Part shown: positions 26,120 to 38,474 of the stretch, one piece after another | How positions within the stretch are numbered: the stretch's first letter is position 1 | Layout: the number at the start of each line of letters is the position of its first letter | NCBI RefSeq assembly: GCF_964355755.1 | Contig: NC_092672.1 | Coordinates: 30,510,437 to 30,574,436 of the forward strand | Origin: Antedon mediterranea | Lineage: Eukaryota > Animalia > Echinodermata | Length of the DNA: 64,000 nucleotides | Direction: 5' to 3' | Translations under genes and position numbers: made by a program | Notes under the pieces: model-generated | Databases searched by the model: none | What the model saw: only the letters and a program-made list of their open reading frames with translations | Told to the model about the DNA's origin: nothing

Positions 26120-27260
26120 TAAATACTTACCTGAATTATAATCATGATTGTACGAATCCTCTAGAGGTGAGAATCAATTGCGTATCTAATCTGTTGCATA
26201 GGCAATATACCGGTTTTTAAAGAACTCTGGTTCAAACCCCTGATCTACGACCGCTTCCAAAACTCATTAGGCTTTACCAGGGTGGGTCACTTCCACCCTG
26301 CATTACTATATATACAACATAACTTTAAGTAAACCTGACAAAAACAGTGTAAGGGTGGGTAAAACAGTAAACAGAAAAAAACGACTGCAACCCCTAATCA
26401 TGAATAAATTACGTCTACGTGTAAAATCAACACTCTGCAGAACAACGCAGAAAATAAACTGAAGTACTTCGAACAGTATACATATTTAAAACCACTAAAA
26501 CATGAGAATCAAAGGAGGGCTATTTTGTCATAAATCTTCGTGGGCGGGAATTGATTCTCACCTTGAGAGGATTCGTATAATCATGATTATACTTCAGGTA
26601 AGTACCCTTGCATAATCATTAATTATACTTCACCTTCTCTCGGCTCGAATTAATTGGCGACTTTGAAGCTCCTCCACCAAGAACTGTTTCTGTCACTGAA
26701 GAAACCGACTAAACGTTGAAGAGGCCCATCCTGCTGCCTCTAAAATATTATTCAATGAAACTCCCATCCTGTGGGCCAGAGCAGGAAGCCGCTGCTCCTC
26801 GAGTTGAATGAGTCCTAAATTGGTCAGTATTAACTCCTGCCAAACCCAGAATGTCAACCATTTAACGATTTATTGTAGCCGTGACTACTTTCTTGTATGG
26901 TTTAGAATGGCTAATACACATTTGGGTCTTTGACCCTCTGATTGTACTGGTGTGATTCACATATTATTAGAAATAGCTTGCACCGGACAAATACAACACG
27001 TGCAATCTTTAAAGGCATCAATAGATAATCCGTCTATGTTGCTTATACAATCTAGACGGTACAAAAACCACATGATTATGTGATATTGTCATGTTCTTAA
27101 TATCCATAGATATTAAGGAAGATACTCTGCCCAGTGTAACTAAGGCCACCAACAATACCGTTTTTAATGTTATCATTTTGTTGTTTAGATTTAATTTAGT
27201 TGGTGTACGTAGTTGCCACGGTTTGTGAATAAATTCTATATAATAACCCAATATCGTTTG
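26120..27260 (-). mobile_element. DIRS1-like tyrosine-recombinase retrotransposon, 3' relic
   Basis: Minus-strand YR motifs TLKTVLLVALVTLGRVSSL, LAGVNTDQFRTHSTRGAA and GVSLNNILEAAGWASSTF (frameshifted). The inverted repeat 26123-26180 vs 26549-26605 fits the terminal repeat / ICR arrangement. Confidence 0.8.
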
Positions 27261-27289
27261 GAGAATCCATGTATCGTTTGTTAATTTCT

Positions 27290-30200
27290 CCCATTGATTT
27301 ATAAAAAATCGGATCGAGAAAAACCTCGCTACAAAAAATCAATTCGACCTTATGTTATGCCAAATCGCAAACTTTTGCTCAGTTATATCCAGGAATTCTA
27401 TTATAAAGCAATCAACATCACGCTCTGACAAATGGCAGAAAATACGACAACATTTTAGGTTCCAGTTTTCGGGAGCGCACTTATTGGATCTCTCAAAAAT
27501 CAAACTGCCAACCGACGAAAAACCTCATGACCTCTATCAACGATTTGTAGCCTTTTCGAGGACAATCTTTTAAAAAAGACGGCGGTATCACGCATCATGG
27601 TGAGGAGGTGTCCGTATGAAGACTTATCGCCGTCACTGGAAAACACAATTATTGTCATGTGGCTCCAACTTGTAAATCCGGGCTTGCCACAACTCGTCAA
27701 ACAAAAGTATGGAGCAGAGCTACGTAATAAATCACTCACTTCTCTTAAACCAGGAATTTCGCAAGCACTTTCATCTGGACGAACTTCGCAATATCGACCA
27801 CTCCAAAGCATGTCGCACTGCTATTTTCAACAGACCGCACAGGCCACAGTATAACAACTTGTCTAAACAAAAGCTACGAAACAAAACTTTCAATAAATCT
27901 TGCATTTTGTGCCAATCTTCTGGACGACCAACGAACTTTATTTTTTCCACCGACCTCAATCAAGCAACTCCATGAGATATTGTGGAGTCACTACACCATT
28001 CAAAGGTATTATAGTTTATACACGCTCAGCAATGGGCATGCCTGGTTCGGAGACATACCTCGAAGAACTTATGTGCCGAGTACTGGGTTATTTAATTCAA
28101 GAAGAATGTGTCTCAAAAATCGCAGATGACTTATAGACATTGGAGGCAATACACCCCGAGATATTCTCCGCAATTGGCAACGAATACTATCTGCCTTATC
28201 TAAAAATAAGCACGAATGTGCGATACTCGGGGTACAGAAAAAGAAGCTGTAATGACGTCATAAGACGGGTATGTAACGTCACATACACATCAATAACCTC
28301 GTTACCAAATAAAATATTTTTTGCTATTTCCGGGAGCAGAAGTGACGTCATAATATCATAAATATGTTTTGCTGTATATATTCTTATTCTCCAAGTCAGG
28401 ACCTTTGAAATTACACCAAACACGGCTATATTACGACGAAAATCGTTTGGCACCAAGGTACCATCTTCGAGACGTCATATGGCTGCATCCGGCTTGAAAT
28501 TAAAAAATCCGGCTCTATAGCTTTGAGGACATGTCCCTGTAGTATATGCATGCCAAATCCCAGCTCAATACTTCAACGAATAAGGGAGAAGTAGTACATT
28601 ATAAATCGCACTTTTTTCGATTGGTACCATTTTTAGGACGTCATAATTCTGTATCCGGTTGAAGTACGAACATTTTCTCTCTATAGCTTTGTTCACCTAT
28701 TTACCCTAGTATATGCATGCCATGTTTCAGAGCCGTCAGATTACGCGTAAAGAACTAGTAGGACTTGAACGTTGGCTCAATAGTGTCCAGATGGAAGAGG
28801 AAGAGGAGAAGATGAGCGAGTCCTAGACTCGGGTACCCCGAGTAATAACCTACGCCTTTCGGCACGAAAGACACATGTCTGCCCTAAAACTACTATATAT
28901 TAGGGTGGATATGGTCAAATGGAACAATTACGAGCCAGTCCACATAAGATTACAGCACTTACTTCAGTTAAACCTCCAGCAACTATTACAGAATTACGAT
29001 GATTCGTCGGGGCCTGTAAGGTTCGCAGCCGAGTCCTTAAATGATATGCTGCTCTCATGGATCCACTTGACAAAGTCACAGCTGGTCAACAATCAATCAC
29101 CAAAATTAACTGGACTGAAAATCTGTTACAGTCATTCAACACAGCTCAAAGTGCCCTTAGAGACAATAAAACCATTTTTTTTCTCTTTTGTGGCGTTAAC
29201 CAGTATTTATTCATTTCATCTTCAACAGATTAATACAATTATTTCTAATAATAATAATAACTGTTTCATTGTTGTTCTTACTAAAAAACTTCTCAATAAA
29301 ACCATTACCATTCCTAAAGCCCAGGACCAATTATGGATTGTCACTGATGGCTCAGTGAGAGAGAGGGGGTAATGGCAAAGATTTCTTTACGTTTTTTTCA
29401 ATGCAAAACTTCGAAAATACCAGGTCACATGGTTACCATATGAGATTGAAGCATTTTGTATTGGATCATCTGTCCAACATTTTGCACCCTATATCATACA
29501 GTCTATGCACACCACTCAAGTACTCACCGATAGTCGTCCTTGCGTCCAAGCCTATAACAAGCTTCGGCGTGGTGAATACTCTACAAGCTCTAGAGTCACT
29601 ACCTTCTTATCATTAATTAGTCGCTACATGGTAGATGTTCAACACATATCCGAAATTGCTGACGCAACCCACCTGAATGTTCGAACCACTCATGCCAAAT
29701 CAATCTGCAAATTTTTTGCAGAGATTGAAGACTCCGTGGTACGGGCATTTACAGTCTCAGACATGACTGAAGGAACTTAAAAAATGCCATTTACTAACCG
29801 TGCAGCCACTTAGATTTTTAGCCAATTAGAATGTCCTGATCTTAGACGCACTCATTCATACCTGACACAAGGAACCTGCCCATCTAAGAAAATGGTTAAG
29901 ATTCCCGATGTTAAGCGGTACCTAAGATCAGCCACGGTTGCTAGCGACGGTCTTCGCACTTCCAACATACTAGAGACAGTATTGTATAGTTCCCCGTAAT
30001 TTTCTCGATTGCCTTCTTACCGTGTTCATCTTCGTTTTCATCATCCATCCACAAACATCACTTTTCTTTATTGAAAAGCATTCCATATAGTCTTAAACCT
30101 CAGTCAACATCACCTCCGTCACATCGTATTGCTCAATCATTTGCAGCAGACGTTATGCGCCGATATCGGCAATTCCTGTTCGTTATCCGTGAAACCGTAT

Positions 30201-31190
30201 CATCATATACTCTTTACTCTCTCATGACTTCGGAAACTCGCGATCAACTACGTACAGCCATTGTTACTCTTTGCGCTGAGGCCACTTGGAGATGATAATC
30301 TCAATCTATTCGTGTTGACAACGCACCAGGTTTCCTTGGATTGGATCAAGATTCCACCTTGGTATTAATATTGAATTTGGTAGGGTTAAAAACATTATTA
30401 TTATTATTATTATTATTATTGTAACACAATTTATAAAGCGTCAATTCAAAGACCGAGGTACAAAATCAATGGCGCTATGCATGTTAGTGGTCGAAAAAAT
30501 GAGCAATTGTTTAAAAAAGGCAACAGAAGACCAGTGTTTAATTAACAAGAATACAGTCGCAGAAAACGCAATCAAAGAACTCGGTCTTGTCGAATGTCCT
30601 AATGTTAATTCTGAAGGAGACTCTTTAACACCCGTTACTCTCGCGACCGCAACTGCTAATTTGAATTCCAGAATTAGACAGGGTGGCCTATCTACACAAG
30701 AAATCTAGACTCGGCGGGACCAAATTACTGGACAACAATTACCTATCGAAGATCGACAGCTCATCCAAGAAAGACTTTTTTCTCCGTTCAAAATCATGCT
30801 TCTAGCTCCAAGTCCAATGCCCATGGTTCATATCCACCCCTACTTCTACAAATGGGTCTATCAATCTTGGTGATTTGGCATTCTTGTGTGGAGACCGAGA
30901 CAAAACCAAACCTCGTGATAAGTATATGGTGGTAGAAATCTGGGACGACCACTGTCAACTTCGTAAATTTACTAATTAGTCACAGTTCCGTTCCAAGTTA
31001 TACGATGTCCGATTCTCAGATTGCTATTGTGTACAACCAACATCATTGTTGCATTCACCAAAAGATCCGACACGTTGACAACACCACTCCACCGGTTGCT
31101 ATAAATACACTGCCTGTCTACTGAAACTTCCACTTTTAATGGCAATCCTCAACGTCGTTCTACTAGAAACAAACAGCCGCCTAGATGACA
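27290..31190 (+). mobile_element. Degenerate Gypsy/Ty3-type LTR retrotransposon internal region
   Basis: Fragmented gag (QIANFCSVISRNSIIKQST), RT ([14 protein letters not shown]...KIADDL), RNase H (LWIVTDGSV) and integrase (FAADVMRR..RETVSSY, RVDNAPGF). It is interrupted at about 28210-28843 and by a minus-strand LINE tail at about 30398-30540. Confidence 0.8.
28210..28843 (-). mobile_element. Helentron/HINE-like non-autonomous element inserted in the Gypsy RT
   Basis: Sub-terminal IR TACTCGGGGTAC / GTACCCCGAGTA, terminal palindrome ACTCGGGTACCCCGAGT and small hairpin GCACGAATGTGC. The Gypsy frame resumes (NLRLSARKT) after it. Confidence 0.55.
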
Positions 31191-32832
31191 AAACACTGGA
31201 GAATGGGTATTAAACCCTTAGACTTTGCATTGTTTTTTTCCATTGGACTTTTATTTTTGTTTTTACTTCACAGCTGTTTCAACCAATGTAAAATAAATAG
31301 AAAAAGTCAAGCGCCCTCAATATTGTCAGACGGCGATATGTGCCTGAGCGTGACGCCGCGCGAGTGGTTGAATCTCGTTCAACTTTCGCGACATTTGCAA
31401 CTTTTATAACTACACTTTAAATTAATTTAATCAATTTCGTCATAAATATTATAAAACCATTTTTATACTATTTGTTAGAAAATAAGATTCTTAATTACCG
31501 ATTTTTTGGAAATAGTAAGTAATTAAGCATAACAACAAGTTTACGAAATTATTTACACCCGGAAGTTTTAAAAATTAACATCGATCGGCCTAGCAAATGT
31601 AAACAATGGAAAGTTTGAAAAAATGCTTGTCAAATTGTACACTTTTTGTTTTTATTCGTAATTTTCATAAATACTTGGAAAATCTAGGTAAAAGTTTGAT
31701 TATATATGCTTACATGAGACATTGAATTGTTAGGAGGTGACGGTGAAAATCTCAAGAAATTTTCATTTAAAAACTCGACTGTTTTGTTAAATGCGAAACA
31801 GCGTATTTGGCGAGAGGTCGATGAACGCGGCTGATAACCGCTCGCTAGGCTGTACGCAACTAGGCCTAGGTTGTAGCTAGGCCTAGTTGGTACGTATAAG
31901 TAGTGTAATCATACTATACATCATTTTAATTTACAATAGAATAAATAATAAGCTTAATTATTATCATTGTATTTATTTCAACTGAATATAATTCATCATA
32001 AATGTAAAAATTTAGTAAAACTACTAACTACCAGGCCTAGCTAGGCCCTTAAAATTAAAGCCTATACAAAAATACTCAAACTACTGTATGATTATTATAA
32101 CATTAAAGGTTGGTAAAATTAAAATTTCTTTTCTTTTTTGTAGGCAACACAGTTTCACGAAAAGGCTTTACGTTCTACTTGCTTCTGTTGTGGAACAAAA
32201 TTTTAAGAAAAGGATAAAAAATACAACTTAAAAAATATGAAAACCATCACAAATTTGCACTAAATCTAACAAATGTAAAATTACAACCTATATACATTTA
32301 TACAACCTGCCATTCGCGAATTTTCAATGGATACTGTATACTACCACGCTAACATTTAAATTAACAGGGCATGGACCAAATTGCTTGGCATGCTACACTT
32401 CAACAACAACTATGACCTGGGCCAAAACTACATTCACAAGTGAAAGAACACACTGGCGTTTAAGGGAACAGTTTTTTGTCTGGTACAGCTGCTCCATAAT
32501 CTGCTTTTCTTCTTTATATCTTCACTCTTTTTGAAAGTTTATACTAACAAATTTAATTAAATGAACATACCTCATAATCAAATAACTGTTTTCTCATCCT
32601 AATTTATATACATAGTTTAAAAAGCGCCAATTTTCAATTAAGATTACATCATACATTGTATATTTCTATTCAACAAAATTGTCAGAACTTTCTTTTATTT
32701 AAATGTCTAAGATAGTCAGATCTCGGGTCCATTCTACAGTCACCACAGATTGACTTTTTCATCACAAAATTTCTGAAATTATAAAATGTATTAATGTGTA
32801 AATTAAGTATTTTTTAATTCCATAAAAATATC

Positions 32833-33101
32833 ATACAAGTATTTTTAGCAGAATACAGGCATATTGCACCAGGTGTAATACAGCCTAAGCTACATATGCT
32901 TGAGCACCATGCTATTGCATTCATGAGAGAATGGAAGGGGGTCTCTGAGCAAGGCGGGGAGCTAATACATGCCAAACTCAACCGTCACAAAACAGCAGTG
33001 TGGATTAGAGTCAAACTTAGACTCATCTGATTTTCACATCTCCAATGATACAAAATGAAATAATAAAACCCAACAAATGCAAGAAAGCCAACAAAGAATG
33101 A
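32833..33101 (+). pseudogene. DDE transposase C-terminal fragment (Chapaev/Transib/RAG1-type)
   Basis: IQVFLAEYRHIAPGVIQPKLHMLEHHAIAFMREWKGVSEQGGELIHAKLN has the HxxxxH zinc ligands and the EQGxE catalytic-Glu motif, analogous to RAG1 HKTLAH...SEGNES. Confidence 0.75.
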
Positions 33102-33291
33102 TTCATTAACATTAATGATCATAAAATATTGTACATTTTTAAATGTTAAAGGAATATTGCATTGTATTGATTTCCTTTTAACAATGCCTAATGATAATGA
33201 ATATGTAAAAGTAATACTATAGTATGTCTATATTTCAATTACTAACTAATTACTATTGATTGATAGTACTACTGCTGTACTGTACATGTGT

Positions 33292-35920
33292 TAGTGATTG
33301 ATTGTTAAAGTTACAAATTCATAGCATGGTAAACACAATTTAAAATTTACTAGTTCTTGAACAGTAAAATAAACTTACCTATATAGATGGTAGGTATAGG
33401 TATTGGTCCAAATCTGTTTAAAATGTTTTAGCCATTTTGGGTTGCCGCTATATATGTACCTAAAAAATAGTAATAGTAATAGTATAACATTATAATAAGA
33501 ATTAATTAAAATTAACTTATTAAATTTACTATGGTTGCATACATACTAATTTGAATATGCAGTGATGAGCAAAAACAAATGTTAAAATTCATTATTTATA
33601 ATAATTGTAATTATTACATACAGGGTAGGCATATATGCCTTATGTCATTGCATAGGGTATATATAACCAGGTATCCTCATAATAAACATTATTTGTAATA
33701 AATACTGTAAATATATTAAAAATAAAAATTAATAATAATTAAATAATAATATATAGGCATAGAGCCTCTAGGCCTAATTAGGTAGCCTACTAATACCTAG
33801 CCTATTGCTCTAGGCTAGGCTAAATAAGCTGGAAAGCTGCTTCTCTGTAGGCTGCTAGTGCAAGAGAGCACAGGTCTAGCTAGTATATTAAAATAAAAAT
33901 AGGGCCTATAATATAGGCCTAGCCTACCCAGCCAGTGGTAGTGATTGGTTGTTAATATTGAAAATTAATAGCATGGTAAACACAATTTAAAATTTACTAG
34001 TTCTTGAACAGTAAAATAAACTTACCTATAATATAGATGGTAGGTATAGGTATAGGTATTGGTCAAAATCTGTTTAAAATGATTTTTCCACTTCGGGTTG
34101 CCGCTATGTACCTAAAAAATAGTAAAACATTACTATAAGAATTAATTAAAATTAGCTTATTAAATTTAATATGGTTGCATACATACTAATTTGAATATGC
34201 AGTGATAAGCAAAAACGAATGTTTAAATTCATTATTTATAATACTGTAATTGTAATTATTACATACAGGGTAGGCATATATGCCTTATGTCATTGCATAG
34301 GGTATATATAACCAGGTATTCTCATAATAAACATTATTTAAATAAAATACTGTAAATATATTAAAACTAAAAATAATAATAATTAAATAATAATATATAG
34401 GCGTAGAGCCTAGACCTAATTAGGTAGTCTACTTATACCTAGCCTATTGCTCTAGGCTAGGCTAAATAAGCTGGAAAGCTGCTTCTCTGTAGGCTGCTAG
34501 TGTTAGAGAGCACAGGTCTAGCTAGTATATTAAAATAAAAATAGGGCCTATAATATAGGCCTAGCCTACCCAGCCAGTGGTAGTGATTGATTGTTAATAT
34601 TGAAAATTAATAGCATGGTAAACACAATTTAAAATGTACTAGTTCTTGAGCAATAAAATAAACTTACCTACTGTATATAGATGGTAGGCTGCTAGGTATT
34701 GGTCCAAATCTGTTTAAAATGTTTTTGCCACTTCGGGTTGCCGCTATGTACCTAAAAAATAGTAAAACATTATTATAAGAATTACTTAAAATTAGCTTAT
34801 TAAATTTAATATGGTTGCATACATACTAATTTGAATATGCAGTGATGAGCAAAAACGAATGTTAAAATTCATTATTTATAATAATTGTAATTATTACATA
34901 CAGGGTAGGCATATATGCCTTATGTCATTGCATAGGGTATATATAACCAGGTATTCTCATAAGAAACATTATTTAAATAAATACTGTAAATATATTATTA
35001 ATTAATTAAAATTAATAATAATTAAATAATAATAGGCCTAGGCCTATATAGGCGTAGAGCCTAGCCTAATTAGGTAGCCTACTTATACCTAGCCTAATTG
35101 CTCTAGGCTAGGCTAAATAAGCTGGAAAGCTGCTTCTCTGTAGGCTGCTGCTAGTGATAGAGAGCACAGGTCTAGCTAGTATATTAAAATAAAAATAGGG
35201 CCTATGATATAGGCCTAGCCTACCCAGCCAGTGGTAGTGATTGATTGTTAATATTACAAATTAATAGCATGGTACACAATTTAATATTTGCTACTTCTTG
35301 AACAGCAAAATAATCTTACCTATATAGATGGTAGGTATGGTCCAAATCTGCTTAGCCACTTCAGGTTACTGCTCTATATATGTATCTACAATAGTATAAC
35401 ATTAATAATTATTATAACAATTTTATAAAATTAACTTAACTTATTAAATTTAATATGATTGCATACTAATTTGAATATGCAGTGATGAGCAAAACCGAAT
35501 GTTAATATGATGCTTGTCATTATTTATATTGTAATTATTACATACATATAGGCCTATAATATTCCCTATTGCATACATGTTACATAGGGTATATATATAA
35601 TCCTCATAATATTAAATTTACAGTTTTTGTAATGAATACTGTAAATTTAATAAAACTAAAATTAATTATAATGATTAAATAATATTAAAAATATATAGGC
35701 CTAGGCGTAGATCCTGGGCCTAATTTTAATTAGGTAGCCTACTAATACCTATAAAGGCTAGTAGGCTAGCCTACTCAAGGTCAAGGCCAGGCTAACTAAG
35801 CCGGAAAGCTGCTTCTCTGTAGTAGGCTGCTAGAGAACACAGGTCTAGCAAGGGCCTAGGCCTAGTATTAAAATAAAAATAGGGCCTATAATATTGGTAT
35901 ATGCCTACCCTACCCAGCCA
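33292..35920. repeat. Four tandem copies of an approximately 650-bp unit inside the Chapaev-type element
   Basis: Units start TAGTGATTG at about 33292, 33939, 34581 and 35235. Confidence 0.9.
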
Positions 35921-36919
35921 GGCATAAATAATTAAAATAATGTAACATTTCCAAACTCATTTGGGTCAGCTGTCACATGAAAGGCAGTGTTGCAACTAGA
36001 GTAGACATAAGCCTAAGCCTAAAAATGACACAATTTGAAACGGCCATAGCTCAAAAATTCAACCATCACCTCTCGACCATTACTATGTTATAACATTCAC
36101 AGATAACTAAATTATCATGCAGTACCAAAGAATTAGAGTGAAAATTACATTTTTTAAAGATACGGACAAACAAACATGTACCTAATTTGGAAATGTCACT
36201 CACGTGCGTCAATTGGTCTATGCTTGTAATTTATGGTCCACCCTCCCATTAATTTTCAGCGTTACATTCCTTCTTCTTAAAAACAAAACGACAACGTGCT
36301 TGTTTCATCCCAGGGACTCTTTAATGAATATTCATATTTTTAGCGACCCTTTATTTTTTTATCTCATTCTCATTGGCTGTTTAAAACATGTCTTTAAATG
36401 ACGTTTGACTCCACTCTGCACACGTGGATTTGTAAGTAATTGTTTATGTATTGTTACTCCAGCGATACGACTTGTAACGTCGAGGGCGCATGACTTAATT
36501 CGTATGTTTGAAACAGCTGTGACTTTATTCTGTTTTTGAAAGAAATGTGGAAGGAAGAGGCGTTGCGCCATCACACGTTATCGTGTATTATTGTTGTTAC
36601 TGTGCGCCACCTAGTGGCATTGTTTTCGCTGTTAGTTGGTTCGTGTTCATATTATAGTGTCGGTTGATTTAAGTTAATATAAAAAAGTGTTTATATCTAT
36701 ACATAAAGTTGATGAGTCTTTATTGCCATTCCCTTAAATCGACGATAGTATGCACTTGATCATCATCGATCTTAGTCTTACTTTATCTTCTTTTATTTAT
36801 CAGAAGCCATGAAATCGCTATTATACAAATGGACAAGGATATACGTACCGCCGTTGAACGTATAACGTGTTTTTTTCTTATACGTACCGAAGTTGGCCGC
36901 CGCTGGACATACAAGGTTT

Positions 36920-37095
36920 AAAACTCGTCCTAAATAGTAAAACTCGCTCTAAATAATGAAACTCGTCCTAAATATTAAAACTCGTCCTAAATATTAAAAC
37001 ACGTCCTAAATATTAAAATACCTCCTAAATATTAAAACTCGTCCTAAATAGTAAAACTCGTCCTAAATAATTTTAAAAAAAAGCTAGTCCTAAAT
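36920..37095. repeat. 19-bp minisatellite (AAAACTCGTCCTAAATATT)
   Basis: About 8 visible copies. Confidence 0.85.
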
Positions 37096-37659
37096 CCGAA
37101 TGCTCTATAACTGTTTGCCTTTCGTACCGTCGCTGTACGTATAACCAGTCCCTATAGAATTAAGCTTACTTACAAGTTCTATTCTTCTTGTAATAATACC
37201 AAGTTTCAAATTGGCTATCGCCATTCAGTTTTGAGAAGTGGTCGTAGGTTAGGGGGTTGAACCGGATGTAGTTCTTTAAAACTGGTATATTGTCTATGCA
37301 GATGAGCTTTGTGCAATATTATTTGTGTTATTGATAGATGAACAGACAGATTTGTTGTATAGTCGATGAACAGGGGAATCGGATTGGCGGAAATTTGCTC
37401 AGAATGGCTTGGTCTAGGTTAAATGTGAGAATGTTATTCATGTTTGTCCTCATCTGTGCCGGATTTATGTTGATTTTTGATATTACTTATGTATTTGGAA
37501 GTAATTCCCAGGGTGCTAAATTTAGTTGAGTACATAAATCAGTGTCTATTACTTATGTTTATGGTATGTGGTATTATTTACAGGCAATTAGGCCTAATAA
37601 CAACATGATTTAAAATGCTAATACACTTGAGGAAACCGTACATTATTGCTAGACATTGT

Positions 37660-38280
37660 GATAGGAACAAAACGTGAAAATGTCAATGAATTAATATCAT
37701 TGTTCACCGGTTGTATCTATAAAATAAATTTTATTAAAGATGTATTGTCCCCCTGAAAAAAAATGTTCTTAACAAAATTTGTGTTTAATATGTCATTTCA
37801 ATGTATAATAGGAATCCACTTTGACCAAAAAATTGATCGAAAAAAAATGTATTGTAATAGGTACAAAACGTGAAATATCAATGAATTAATATCATTGTTC
37901 ACCGTTTGTATCTATAAAATAAATTTTATTAAAGATGTATTGTCCCCCTGAAAAAATTATTCTTAACAAAATTTTTGTTAATATGTCATTTCAATGTATA
38001 ATAGGAATCCACTTTGACCAAAAATTTGATCGAAAAAAAATGTATTTACCTGAAAAAATTGTAATCTAAAAACAAAAAGCGGTCAAATTGGCTGCCAGCC
38101 AGTGTGTTTTTAGTTGAATTTAACCATTTATTTTGTCAATTTATCAGTGAAAACATTATTTTTTTTAATTTTTTTTTCTATGGAAGTGATTAACTTTATT
38201 AAAACTACAAAATAACATATTCAAAGTCTGATTTAACTAATCTTCATTTTTCATGTTTTTGGGGGACAATACATCTTTAA
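37660..38280. mobile_element. Kolobok-like MITE with an approximately 195-bp tandem duplication of its left end
   Basis: TTAAAGATGTATTGTCCCC occurs at about 37735 and 37929; GGGGACAATACATCTTTAA ends at 38280. Confidence 0.7.
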
Positions 38281-38474
38281 ATCATTAGAAAAATGTTCAC
38301 AAATAAAATCAACAGTAGGCCTAGATGTGAACTTGAAAATGTCACTAGAGAATCAATTATGCTTGTAACATAAACAAGACTGAAAAGAAATTAGGTAACG
38401 TGAAAGAAAAAAATATTAATGTGTATTTCTAAAAACCACATCCTATTCATTTTGTGTGTTTTTTTTGTCCAGTA

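Larger units (their letters stand above)
31269..36521 (+). mobile_element. Non-autonomous Chapaev-type (RAG1/Transib-related) DNA transposon with asymmetric bipartite TIRs
   Basis: Termini CACAGCTGTTTCAA ... TTGAAACAGCTGTG, 4-bp TSD ACTT (31265-31268 / 36522-36525), inner box AAGTCA(A/T)GCGCCCTC at both ends, and a transposase C-terminal relic at 32833-33101. Confidence 0.85.
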
